The notes: a model not told the origin generated them from the sequence alone. Positions 9,832 through 18,296 are shown, counted from the first letter of the stretch. The stretch is 32,000 nt of DNA from Halomicrobium mukohataei DSM 12286 (GCF_000023965.1 NC_013202.1:2490001-2522000), one strand, 5' to 3'. Made by a program: numbers and translations.

Positions 9832-9862
9832 GGTAGCTGGAAGTGGTCAGACTGACCGTCCG

Positions 9863-10381
9863 TCACAGGTCCAGACGATACAGTTCGGTGTCGAACGCTT
9901 CGCCGACGAGTTCGACGGTGCCCGTGTCGAACTGCTCGAATCCCCGCTCCTCGTAGAAGCCGACGCCGACCTCGTTCCCAGCCAGCGTCTCCAGTTTCAG
10001 GGTCGTCAGTTCGTCCGGTACCGTTTCGAGACACTGTTCGAGCAAGGCTGTACCGACGCCGTCGCCCCAGCGTTCAGGGTCGACGTAGATCGACTTCAGT
10101 CCGGCCTCGTCGGGAGCGACGAATGGCTTCGTTTCCTGATCGCCCCACCGAAGATCCGCGTAGCCGACGATGGCGTCTCCCTCTTCGGCCACGAAGAAGC
10201 CCTCGCGGTGCTCGCCCAGATGGTCGAACCACTCCTGTGCGGTGTCTGGGGCCGGATCGGTCACGATTTCCTCGACGACTGATTCCGGCAGGAGTTCCCG
10301 GTATGCCTCGCGCCACGCACTTCTGTTCACCGCCAGCACGCCTTCCAGATCGGACGGGTCGTGGATCGGACGGACAGTCAC
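9863..10381 (-). CDS. GNAT-family N-acetyltransferase (about 172 aa)
   Basis: Only the 3' third of track ORF 9863..11299 looks coding: VTVRPIHDPSDLEGVLAVNRSAWREAY ... GFFVAEEGDAIVGYADL ... IYVDPERWGDGVGTALLE ... VGFYEERGFE. I chose the GTG start (complement of 10379-10381); a TTG at 10387 is the alternative. Confidence 0.8.
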   Translation of the reverse strand: MTVRPIHDPSDLEGVLAVNRSAWREAYRELLPESVVEEIVTDPAPDTAQEWFDHLGEHREGFFVAEEGDAIVGYADLRWGDQETKPFVAPDEAGLKSIYVDPERWGDGVGTALLEQCLETVPDELTTLKLETLAGNEVGVGFYEERGFEQFDTGTVELVGEAFDTELYRLDL

Positions 10382-10403
10382 GGGCAAATTTCTGACGGGG
10401 AGA

Positions 10404-10411
10404 GTATAACG
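10404..10411 (-). promoter_or_regulatory. TATA-like box (CGTTATAC on the minus strand) for the GNAT gene
   Basis: It is centred about 26 nt upstream of the GTG at 10381. Confidence 0.35.
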
Positions 10412-10510
10412 ATTATCCTGGCGTGTGACACGTTCACACTGGAGACTGTTCGTGAACGAGTTCCGTTCTCGGCCTGTGCCCTCTCGGGAGAACGCCCCGG
10501 TTTCAACGGT

Positions 10511-10518
10511 TACTATAC
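10511..10518 (+). promoter_or_regulatory. TATA-like box (TACTATAC) for leaderless mevalonate kinase mRNA
   Basis: It is centred about 26 nt upstream of the ATG at 10541. No Shine-Dalgarno is visible. Confidence 0.4.
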
Positions 10519-10540
10519 GGATGGCCACGCAGGGCCGAGT

Positions 10541-11524
10541 ATGGTTACAGCGAGCGCTCCCGGGAAGGTGTATCTGTTCGGGGAGCACGCGGTGGTCTAC
10601 GGCGAGCCGGCGGTCCCCTGTGCGATCGAGCGCCGCGCCCGCGTGACCGTCGAGGAACGGGACGAGGGGCTTCGCGTTCACCTCGACGATCTCACGCTGG
10701 ACGGGTTCACGATCGAGTACAGCGGCGACGCGACGGGTCGACCGGACGTGAACGTCTCCGAGTCCCTCGTCGAGGCTGGCGTCGGCTACATCAACGAGGC
10801 CGTCGAGCAGGCACGCGACGCCGCCGACGCGCCGGACGCGGGCTTCGAGATCAGCGTCGAGAGCTCCATCCCGCTGGGAGCCGGGATCGGATCGTCGGCG
10901 GCCGTCGTCGTCGGCGTCATCAAGGCGGCGACGGCGGAACTGGGCATCGAAATCGACGCTCGGGAGGTGGCCGAGCGAGCCTATCGCGTCGAGCACACCG
11001 TCCAGGACGGGGAAGCGTCGCGGGCCGATACGTTCTGCTCGGCGATGGGCGGCGCGGTTCGCGTCGAGGGCGACGACTGTCGGCGCATCGAGGGCGTCGA
11101 CACGCTCCCGTTCGTCATCGGCTACGACGGCGGGGCCGGGGACACCGGCGCGCTCGTCGCGGGCGTCCGACAGCTCCGCTCGGAGTACGACTTCGCGGCG
11201 GACACGGTGGAGGCGGTCGGCGACATCGTCCGCGAGGGCGAGCGGGCACTGCAGGCCGGCGACCTGAGCGAGCTGGGTGAGCTGATGGACTTCAACCACG
11301 GCCTGCTGTCGGCGCTGGGAGTCTCTTCGCGATCGCTCGACGGCATGGTCTGGGCGGCGCGAGACGCGGGCGCGCTGGGCGCGAAGCTCACCGGCGCTGG
11401 CGGCAACGGCTGTGTCGTCGCGCTGGACGAGACCGACGCGACGGAGACTGCGCTCTCCTACACGCCGGGCTGTGAGAACGCGTTCCGCGCGGCGCTGGAC
11501 ACCGAGGGGGTTCGGATCGAATGA
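10541..11524 (+). CDS. mvk: mevalonate kinase (GHMP kinase)
   Basis: From the internal ATG of track ORF 10361..11524 it reads MVTASAPGKVYLFGEHAVVYGEPAV. GHMP motif 2 is IPLGAGIGSSAAVVV and motif 3 is KLTGAGGNGCVVAL. Confidence 0.92.
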   Translation: MVTASAPGKVYLFGEHAVVYGEPAVPCAIERRARVTVEERDEGLRVHLDDLTLDGFTIEYSGDATGRPDVNVSESLVEAGVGYINEAVEQARDAADAPDAGFEISVESSIPLGAGIGSSAAVVVGVIKAATAELGIEIDAREVAERAYRVEHTVQDGEASRADTFCSAMGGAVRVEGDDCRRIEGVDTLPFVIGYDGGAGDTGALVAGVRQLRSEYDFAADTVEAVGDIVREGERALQAGDLSELGELMDFNHGLLSALGVSSRSLDGMVWAARDAGALGAKLTGAGGNGCVVALDETDATETALSYTPGCENAFRAALDTEGVRIE

Positions 11525-12273
11525 GTCCCGAGACGGTCGTCCTGAAACTGGGCGGGAGCGTCGTCACGGAGAAGGACCGTCCAGAGACCGTCGACACGGC
11601 GGCACTGCAGCGAGCCGTCGCCGCCGTCGCGGAGAGCGACGCCGCACTCGTGGTCGTCCACGGCGGCGGGAGCTTCGGCCACCACCACGCGGACGAGCAC
11701 GGCGTCTCGACGACCACCGGGACCCGCGACCCCGAGGGGGCGCTCGCGATTCACGACGCGATGGTGGAGCTGAACCGCGCCGTCGTCGAAGCGCTGCAAG
11801 CGGCCGGGGTCGCCGCCCTCCCGGTCCAGCCGCTGTCGGCGGCCGCCCGCGACGAGGGCGGAGCGCTCTCGCTGGCGACGGAGCCCGTCGAACGGCTCCT
11901 CGACGAGGGGTTCGTTCCCGTCTTGCACGGCGACGTGATCGCCCACGAGGGCGAAGGCGTGACGGTCCTCTCGGGCGACGAACTCGTCGTGGCGCTCGCG
12001 CCGGCCGTCGACGCCGACCGGGTGGGACTGTGTTCGACCGTCCCGGGAGTGCTCGACGACGCGGGATCGGTCGTCGATCGGGTCGACGCCTTCGCGGACG
12101 TTGCCGACGCGGTCGGCGACAGCGACGCGACCGACGTGACCGGTGGCATGGCGGGGAAAGTTCGAGCACTGCTGGCGCTCGGCGTGCCCGCCCAGATCTT
12201 CGGACCTGACGCCCTCGGCGCCTTCCTCGCCGGGGAAGCGCCGGGAACGACGATCGCCGGTGGTCCGGAGTAA
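11521..12273 (+). CDS. isopentenyl phosphate kinase (amino-acid-kinase fold)
   Basis: VVLKLGGSVVTEKDRPETVD ... LVVVHGGGSFGHHHADEHGVS ... VTGGMAGKV. It has an ATGA overlap with mvk. Confidence 0.88.
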   Translation: MSPETVVLKLGGSVVTEKDRPETVDTAALQRAVAAVAESDAALVVVHGGGSFGHHHADEHGVSTTTGTRDPEGALAIHDAMVELNRAVVEALQAAGVAALPVQPLSAAARDEGGALSLATEPVERLLDEGFVPVLHGDVIAHEGEGVTVLSGDELVVALAPAVDADRVGLCSTVPGVLDDAGSVVDRVDAFADVADAVGDSDATDVTGGMAGKVRALLALGVPAQIFGPDALGAFLAGEAPGTTIAGGPE

Positions 12274-12307
12274 CCCGGTCCGAACACACTTCTCACCTGG
12301 GCGAAAC

Positions 12308-12315
12308 CTATTTGT
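12308..12315 (+). promoter_or_regulatory. TATA-like box (CTATTTGT) upstream of 12339
   Basis: It is centred about 27 nt upstream of the ATG at 12339. Confidence 0.35.
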
Positions 12316-12338
12316 TCGCGTTGGCTATTGTCCAACGT

Positions 12339-13631
12339 ATGGCAGTAGTCGGAATCAGTGGCGTTTTCAGGTACGGCACCCGCTTTCTCGCCCATCTACT
12401 CGTCGTGACACTGGCCGGTATCGTCCTCGTGTTGACCGGAAACCTTCTCGGGGGCTTCCTCACCGGCACGGTCGCGAGTCCGGGTTTCAGAGCCCCGACC
12501 ACGACGGCCGGCTGGGCCGGCGTCGCGATCGCCCTCGCTGGCGTCCTCGCGACGATCGGGGGCGTCAGCGGGCTGTTGTTCAAGCTCGTCGCCGACGGGA
12601 CGGCCGTCGGGACGCGCTCGGTCCTCGAATCGGAGGCCGAACTCGACAGTCCGAGCGCGGACGCCGACGACGGGGCGGACGCCGGTGTGGTGGCGGGCGA
12701 CGAGACCAACGCCGAACCCGTCCAGAGCGACTCTCCCGACACGGGACCGGTCGCACGGAGCGAGCCAGAGAGTCAGGCACCTCAGGAGACCGACCAACCA
12801 GGCCCGCAGCCGGCGTCTGAACGGTCGGGTCCCGAGCAAGTGGCCGAACAGCCCGACGCCGAGTCACCGTCCGAACAGCGTCCTCCTGGACAGGTGCAGG
12901 ACGATCCTCGACAGCCGAATCGGCCAGTGGCCGAGTCACGAGCGTCCGAGGCGGGCGACGCACAGCCGACAGACGAGAGCACGTCGGGAGCAGACCCCAC
13001 CGCCCGACAGTCCGACCAGCCGGGACCGCTGGACGAGCCAGCTGACGACCGGTCCGCGGACGAGCCTCCGAGTCGCCAGCCACTCGACGAACCGGGAGAC
13101 AGCCAGCCCGGAGCCGAGCCGACGGAGAGCCTATCCGAGACCGAGCCGGCGGACGACCAGCCTGCGAACGAGCCTGCGAGTGACCGACCGATCGACGACC
13201 CCGTCGGGAGCCAGCCCGAACCGGACGACGAACCGAGCGACGAGCCGTCGAGTAGCGGACAGGCCGAATGGACGCCGCCGGACCCCGAAGAGTTCGAACA
13301 GCACCAGTCGACCCAGGACGACCAGTCTGACGGAGAGGCCGGGATCGAGGAGTCGCCACCCCGAGAGGATCCTTTCGTCGACAAACAGTCCGCTCGCGAC
13401 GAGACGCGGCTCGTCGACGACGAGCAGTTCGACGATCCGGTCGAGAGTGCAACGAGCTGGGAGGACCTCCAAGAGACCGCCGCCGACAGCACGACGGGCG
13501 ACGAGGACGAGGAGACCACGACCGACGGCGACGCCTACGAAGACGATCTCGACGACGAGGACGAGGACAGCTACTCCTTCGAGACCAAGGGCGACGGTGA
13601 TCCGCTCTCGGACGCACTCGACGGCGAGTAG
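12339..13631 (+). CDS. membrane-anchored protein with about 330-aa hyper-acidic, P/E/D/Q/S-rich low-complexity tail; function unknown
   Basis: Track ORF 12312..13631 starts at a TTG; the first ATG is at 12339 (MAVVGISGVFRYG). Two or three hydrophobic segments follow (LLVVTLAGIVLVLTGNLLGGFL, WAGVAIALAGVLATIGGVSGLLF). The rest is an acidic, disordered-looking sequence with recurring D/E-x-P units. Confidence 0.75.
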   Translation: MAVVGISGVFRYGTRFLAHLLVVTLAGIVLVLTGNLLGGFLTGTVASPGFRAPTTTAGWAGVAIALAGVLATIGGVSGLLFKLVADGTAVGTRSVLESEAELDSPSADADDGADAGVVAGDETNAEPVQSDSPDTGPVARSEPESQAPQETDQPGPQPASERSGPEQVAEQPDAESPSEQRPPGQVQDDPRQPNRPVAESRASEAGDAQPTDESTSGADPTARQSDQPGPLDEPADDRSADEPPSRQPLDEPGDSQPGAEPTESLSETEPADDQPANEPASDRPIDDPVGSQPEPDDEPSDEPSSSGQAEWTPPDPEEFEQHQSTQDDQSDGEAGIEESPPREDPFVDKQSARDETRLVDDEQFDDPVESATSWEDLQETAADSTTGDEDEETTTDGDAYEDDLDDEDEDSYSFETKGDGDPLSDALDGE

Positions 13632-13665
13632 CCCGCACCACACCCCCCGTCGCGGAACCCCTCCG

Positions 13666-13670
13666 TTTTT
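13666..13670 (+). terminator. oligo-T (T5) candidate terminator after 12339..13631
   Basis: CTCCGTTTTTAAC lies 35 nt after the stop. It is the only T5 run in this GC-rich spacer. Confidence 0.4.
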
Positions 13671-13898
13671 AACAGCGGCCGTCGTAGGCCTAGGTAACCG
13701 AGCGTACGGCCGCCCGGCGAGCGGGAGGCGGCCGGCGGACGACGGTCGGGAACCGCTGGTTCCCACCCCTTCGAGTGATCCGGGGCTACGGGGCGACCCG
13801 GTCGGCCCGCGGACCACAGGACCTGTCGAGCGAGCGATCGACGAACTGTCGTAGCCGGTATCCCCCGCGTTCGTGCGGCCTTACTCGGAGAGGTAACT

Positions 13899-15245
13899 AT
13901 GGAAGTAGAAATCGCAACGATTGGCGGTTACGAAGAGGTTGGCCGACAGATGACGGCCGTTCGCGCGGGCGACGACATCGTCATCTTCGACATGGGCCTG
14001 AACCTCTCGAAGGTACTGATTCACGACAACGTCGAGACCGAGCGGATGCACTCGCTCGACCTCATCGACATGGGTGCGATCCCGGACGACCGCGTCATGT
14101 CCGAACTCGAAGGCGACGTGAAGGCCATCGTGCCGACACACGGCCACCTCGACCACATCGGCGCGATCTCGAAGCTCGCACACCGCTACGACGCGCCCGT
14201 CGTCGCGACGCCGTACACGATCGAGCTGGTCAAACAAGAGATCAAAGGCGAGGAGAAGTTCGGCGTCCAGAACGACCTGGTGAAGATGGAAGCCGGCGGC
14301 ACGATGTCCATCGGCGACAAGAACGAACTGGAGTTCGTCAACGTCACCCACTCGGTCATCGACGCCATCAACCCCGTCCTCCACACGCCGGAAGGGTCCG
14401 TCGTCTACGGTCTCGACAAGCGGATGGACCACACGCCGGTGCTGGGCGATCCCATCGACATGAAGCGGTTCCGAGAGATCGGCCGCGAGGGCGAGGGCGT
14501 CCTCTGTTACATCGAGGACTGTACGAACGCCGGCCGGAAGGGCCGAACGCCCTCCGAGTCCGTCGCACGCCGACACCTCAAAGACGTCATGACCAGCATC
14601 GAGGACTACGACGGCGGGATCGTCGCGACGACGTTCTCCTCGCACATCGCCCGCGTGAAGTCTCTGGTCGAGTTCGCGGACGAGATCGGTCGCCAGCCGG
14701 TACTGCTCGGTCGATCGATGGAGAAGTACTCCGGGACCGCAGAGCGACTCGACTTCGTCGACTTCCCCGACGATCTGGGGATGTACGGCCACCGCAAGTC
14801 CGTCGACCGGACGTTCAAGCGGATCATGAACGACGGCAAGGAGAACTTCCTGCCGATCGTCACCGGCCACCAGGGCGAGCCACGCGCGATGCTCACCCGG
14901 ATGGGTCGAGGCGAGACGCCCTACGAGCTGGAAGACGGCGACAAGGTGCTGTTCTCGGCGCGGGTCATTCCCGAGCCGTCCAACGAGGGCCAGCGCTACC
15001 AGTCCGAACAGCTCCTGAAGATGCAGGGCGCGCGCCTATACGACGACATCCACGTCTCGGGGCACCTCCGCGAGGAGGGCCACTACCAGATGCTCCAGGC
15101 TCTCCAGCCCCAGAACGTCATTCCGGGCCACCAGAGCATGTCCGGGTTCGCACCGTACGTCAGCCTCGCCGAGAGCCAGGGCTACAAGCTCGGCCGCGAC
15201 CTGCACGCGACCAGTAACGGCAACCGGATCACGCTGGTCGAGTAG
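13899..15245 (+). CDS. rnj: archaeal RNase J (metallo-beta-lactamase / beta-CASP 5'-3' exoribonuclease)
   Basis: [33 protein letters not shown], followed by the HxHxDH motif [13 protein letters not shown], and [11 protein letters not shown] late in the protein. Length is 448 aa. GGAGAGGT upstream is Shine-Dalgarno-like. Confidence 0.9.
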   Translation: MEVEIATIGGYEEVGRQMTAVRAGDDIVIFDMGLNLSKVLIHDNVETERMHSLDLIDMGAIPDDRVMSELEGDVKAIVPTHGHLDHIGAISKLAHRYDAPVVATPYTIELVKQEIKGEEKFGVQNDLVKMEAGGTMSIGDKNELEFVNVTHSVIDAINPVLHTPEGSVVYGLDKRMDHTPVLGDPIDMKRFREIGREGEGVLCYIEDCTNAGRKGRTPSESVARRHLKDVMTSIEDYDGGIVATTFSSHIARVKSLVEFADEIGRQPVLLGRSMEKYSGTAERLDFVDFPDDLGMYGHRKSVDRTFKRIMNDGKENFLPIVTGHQGEPRAMLTRMGRGETPYELEDGDKVLFSARVIPEPSNEGQRYQSEQLLKMQGARLYDDIHVSGHLREEGHYQMLQALQPQNVIPGHQSMSGFAPYVSLAESQGYKLGRDLHATSNGNRITLVE

Positions 15246-15246
15246 G

Positions 15247-16281
15247 ATGGCTCGCCAAGAGGACGTCGAGGCGGCGATCGTCGCCCGCCGCGAGCAGGTC
15301 AACGACGCGATCGAGCGAGAACTCCCGGTCGACGAGCCCGAGGAGCTCTACGAGGCGTCACGGTATCTGATGGACGCCGGTGGGAAGCGGCTCCGTCCGA
15401 CGATGTTGCTGCTGGCGGCCGAGTCGCTCGCCGACGTGGCACCGCAGTCGACGGACTACCGATCGTTCCCGACGGTCGAGGGCGACGAGATCGACGTGAT
15501 GCGTGCTGCGGTCGGGATCGAAACGATTCAGTCCTTTACCCTGATCCACGACGACATCATGGACGACGATGACCTGCGTCGTGGCGTCCCTGCCGTCCAT
15601 CGCGAATACGACCTCTCGACGGCGATTTTGGCCGGTGACACCCTGTTCTCGAAGGCGTTCGAATACATGCTCGACACCGGTGCGAAAGCCGAGCGGTCTG
15701 TCGCGGCGACGAAACGGCTCGCCCAGACCTGTACGGAGATCTGCGAGGGCCAGTCGTTCGACATCGACTTCGAGAGCCGCGCGGAAGTGACCACCGACGA
15801 GTACCTCGACATGGTCGAGCTGAAGACGGCGGTGCTGTACGCGGCCTCGGCGTCGATCCCGGCACAGCTGATGGGTGCCGAGGACGCCGTCGAACCGCTC
15901 TATGGCTACGGCCTCGACGTGGGCCGGGCGTTCCAGATTCAGGACGACCTGCTCGATCTGACGACGCCCTCGGAGAAGCTGGGCAAGCAGCGCGGCTCCG
16001 ACCTCGTCGAGGAAAAGCAGACGATCGTCACGCTCCACGCCCGCCAGCAGGGCGTCGACATCGAGGGACTCGTCGAGACCGACTCCGTCGAGGCGGTCAC
16101 CGAGAGCGAGATCGACGACGCCGTCGCCGAACTCGAAGCCGCCGGGAGCATCGAGTTCGCACGGGAGACAGCCCACGACCTGATCGCGAGCGGGAAAGAC
16201 CGCCTCGAAGTGCTGCCGGACAACGAGCCACGTCAGCTACTGGCGGGGATCGCCGACTACCTCGTCGAGCGCGAGTACTGA
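15247..16281 (+). CDS. idsA: geranylgeranyl diphosphate synthase (short-chain (E)-prenyl diphosphate synthase)
   Basis: The first Asp-rich motif is LIHDDIMDDDDLRRG and the second is FQIQDDLLD. The ATG lies 1 nt after the rnj stop. Confidence 0.9.
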   Translation: MARQEDVEAAIVARREQVNDAIERELPVDEPEELYEASRYLMDAGGKRLRPTMLLLAAESLADVAPQSTDYRSFPTVEGDEIDVMRAAVGIETIQSFTLIHDDIMDDDDLRRGVPAVHREYDLSTAILAGDTLFSKAFEYMLDTGAKAERSVAATKRLAQTCTEICEGQSFDIDFESRAEVTTDEYLDMVELKTAVLYAASASIPAQLMGAEDAVEPLYGYGLDVGRAFQIQDDLLDLTTPSEKLGKQRGSDLVEEKQTIVTLHARQQGVDIEGLVETDSVEAVTESEIDDAVAELEAAGSIEFARETAHDLIASGKDRLEVLPDNEPRQLLAGIADYLVEREY

Positions 16282-16297
16282 CGGGGACGCTTCCGAC

Positions 16298-16307
16298 GTA
16301 ATTTTAC
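16298..16307 (+). promoter_or_regulatory. TATA-like box (GTAATTTTAC) for leaderless gltX; its T4 run may also terminate idsA
   Basis: It is centred about 27 nt upstream of the ATG at 16330. Confidence 0.4.
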
Positions 16308-16329
16308 CCCGCCCCGCAAACGTGCGTGC

Positions 16330-18069
16330 ATGGACGAGGATCTTCGCGATCGCGTGAAAGAAGCCGCCGAGACGGCGGCGCTGACGAACGCAGTCAAGCA
16401 CGGCAGCGAGGCACAGGTCGGGGCAATCATGGGGCCGCTGATGGGCGAGCACCCGGACTTTCGCGAGTACGGCGACGAGATTCCCGGCGTGATCGCGCCG
16501 GTCATCGAGCGCGTCAACGGAATGGACGCCGACGAGCGCCGCGAGCGACTCGCCGAACTCGCCCCCGAGGTCCTCGAAGAACTGGAGAGCGAGGACGAGG
16601 ACGACGAGAAGCCCCTGCCGGACCTCCCCAACGTCGACGACTACGAGCAGGTCCGCATGCGTCTCGCGCCGAACCCCAACGGCCCGTGGCACCTCGGGAG
16701 CGCCCGAATGCCAGCCGTCATCGGGACCTACGAGGAGATGTACGACGGGTGGATGCTGTGTCGCTTCGACGACACCGACCCCGAAACCAAACGCCCGGAT
16801 CTGGACGCCTACGACGAGATTCTCGACGCCATCGACTACCTCGGCTTCGAGCCCGACGAGGTCATCAAGGCCAGCGACCGCGTCGAGACCTACTACGAGT
16901 ACGCCAGCGAGCTGATCGAGAAGGGTGGAGCCTACACCTGCTCGTGCCCGCAGGCGGACTTTTCGGACATGAAAAACGACGGCGAGGCCTGTCCACACCG
17001 CGAGAAGGACGTCGAACAGATCCACGCCGAGTTCGAGGCGATGATCGACGGCGACTACGAGAGCGGGGAGATGGTGCTGCGGGTGAAGACCGACATCGAG
17101 CACAAGAACCCCGCGCTGCGCGACTGGGTCGCGTTCCGGATGATCGACACGCCCCACCCGCGCGAGGAGGCCAGCGACTACCGCTGCTGGCCGATGCTGG
17201 ACTTCCAGAGCGGGCTCGACGACCACCTCACGGAGATCACCCACATCATCCGCGGAATCGACCTGCAGGACTCGGCCAAGCGCCAGCAGTTCCTCTACGA
17301 CTACTTCGACTGGGAGTACCCCGAGGTGCTCCACTGGGGCCACGTCCAGATCGACGCCTACGACGTACCGATGTCGACCTCGACGATCATCGAGAAGATC
17401 GAGGCCGGCGAACTCACCGGCTGGGACGATCCGCGCGCGCCGACGATCGCGAGCCTCCGCCGCCGGGGCATCCGCGGTGAGGCCATCGTCGAGGCGATGA
17501 CGGGGCTGGGTACCTCCACCACGAACGTCGACCTGGCGATGTCGGCGATCTACGCGAACAACCGCGAACTGATCGACGACGACGCCGACCGGGCGTTCCT
17601 CGTCCGGGACGCCGAGGAGACCGGCGGGATCGTCGAGTGTCAGGTCGTCGGCGGGCCCGACGCCGGGGAGCCACACGTCCACCCGGACCACGAGGACCGG
17701 GGCCGCCGATCGATTTCGGTCGGCGATGCCGTCGTCGTCGAGGGCAACGACCTGCCCCCGCACGGCGACCGGGTCTGGCTCAAGGGCTTCGGCTGCGTGC
17801 GCCACACTCGCGACGCCCTGGAGTATACGGGCGACGATCTCGACGTGGTGACCGAGGGCGACGTCGACGTGATCCACTGGGCACCCGCGGACGGCCCGGG
17901 TGTCCGACTGCGGACGATGGACGGGGACGTGAGCGGGATCGCGGAGCCCGGCGTGACAGACTACGAGGCCGACGACGTGGTCCAGTTCGAGCGCGTCGGC
18001 TTCGCCAGGATCGACGCAGTCGGCGAGAGCGGGGACGAGGACGTGCTGGCGTACTACGCGCATCCCTGA
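16330..18069 (+). CDS. gltX: glutamyl-tRNA synthetase, archaeal type
   Basis: RMRLAPNPNGPWHLGSARMPAV is the HIGH-region variant. WMLCRFDDTDPETKRP is also present, and VPMSTS sits at the KMSKS position. Length is 579 aa. Confidence 0.93.
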   Translation: MDEDLRDRVKEAAETAALTNAVKHGSEAQVGAIMGPLMGEHPDFREYGDEIPGVIAPVIERVNGMDADERRERLAELAPEVLEELESEDEDDEKPLPDLPNVDDYEQVRMRLAPNPNGPWHLGSARMPAVIGTYEEMYDGWMLCRFDDTDPETKRPDLDAYDEILDAIDYLGFEPDEVIKASDRVETYYEYASELIEKGGAYTCSCPQADFSDMKNDGEACPHREKDVEQIHAEFEAMIDGDYESGEMVLRVKTDIEHKNPALRDWVAFRMIDTPHPREEASDYRCWPMLDFQSGLDDHLTEITHIIRGIDLQDSAKRQQFLYDYFDWEYPEVLHWGHVQIDAYDVPMSTSTIIEKIEAGELTGWDDPRAPTIASLRRRGIRGEAIVEAMTGLGTSTTNVDLAMSAIYANNRELIDDDADRAFLVRDAEETGGIVECQVVGGPDAGEPHVHPDHEDRGRRSISVGDAVVVEGNDLPPHGDRVWLKGFGCVRHTRDALEYTGDDLDVVTEGDVDVIHWAPADGPGVRLRTMDGDVSGIAEPGVTDYEADDVVQFERVGFARIDAVGESGDEDVLAYYAHP

Positions 18070-18078
18070 CGGCACCAC

Positions 18079-18086
18079 GCTTTTGT
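18079..18086 (+). promoter_or_regulatory. TATA-like box (GCTTTTGT) upstream of the microprotein gene at 18110
   Basis: It is centred about 27 nt upstream of the ATG at 18110. The same octamer sits at the same distance upstream of msrB (31381-31388, minus strand). Confidence 0.35.
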
Positions 18087-18109
18087 CTCGCCCGCTGTGG
18101 GGACTAGAC

Positions 18110-18256
18110 ATGGATCCGATTCCCGGCGGCGAGTGCCAGCGTAGCGACGACGAAGCGGAGTCGGACGACGGGACCTGCGACCGCTGTGGTCGCGAACTGG
18201 AGTGGACGCTCGATCCAGACGGCGTCCAGCGACGCGAGTGTCCGCACTGCGACTAG
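18110..18256 (+). CDS. small zinc-ribbon microprotein (48 aa; CxxC...CPxC)
   Basis: Not in the ORF track (<60 aa). My own translation gives MDPIPGGECQRSDDEAESDDGTCDRCGRELEWTLDPDGVQRRECPHCD, ending in TAG at 18254-18256. It is GC3-rich and acidic, has two CxxC knuckles, and has a TATA-like box at -27. Confidence 0.6.
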   Translation: MDPIPGGECQRSDDEAESDDGTCDRCGRELEWTLDPDGVQRRECPHCD

Positions 18257-18296
18257 TCGGGCCGGCTCGCGGGGACGGGGCGAACTCCGACGAGCA

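Noticed and set aside
9845-9857. Palindrome GGTCAG-A-CTGACC between the convergent P450 and GNAT genes, considered as a bidirectional terminator.
   Set aside because: A 1-nt loop cannot form a hairpin, and no oligo-T flanks it. It is too short to separate from chance.
13632-13898. Possibility that the rnj upstream spacer encodes a known structured RNA (SRP 7S RNA or RNase P RNA).
   Set aside because: The spacer is too short for either RNA. It also lacks the conserved SRP helix-8 signature (GGAAGG.AGCA-like GNRA-capped loop) and any RNase P conserved regions that I can recognise.
16237-18111. Very long alternative-frame or antisense ORFs. Examples: 16237..18111(-) 624 aa opposite gltX; 26173..28320(+) 715 aa opposite tmcA; 29783..31651(+) 622 aa; 5511..6692(-) opposite eno; 6437..7771(-); 13881..14870(-); 11412..12289 on both strands; 18054..19255(-).
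   Set aside because: Each overlaps a gene with unambiguous conserved motifs in another frame. Their translations are R/P/G/A-rich with basic pI, opposite to the acidic haloarchaeal proteome, and they ignore obvious gene boundaries. I treat them as compositional artefacts, not overlapping genes.
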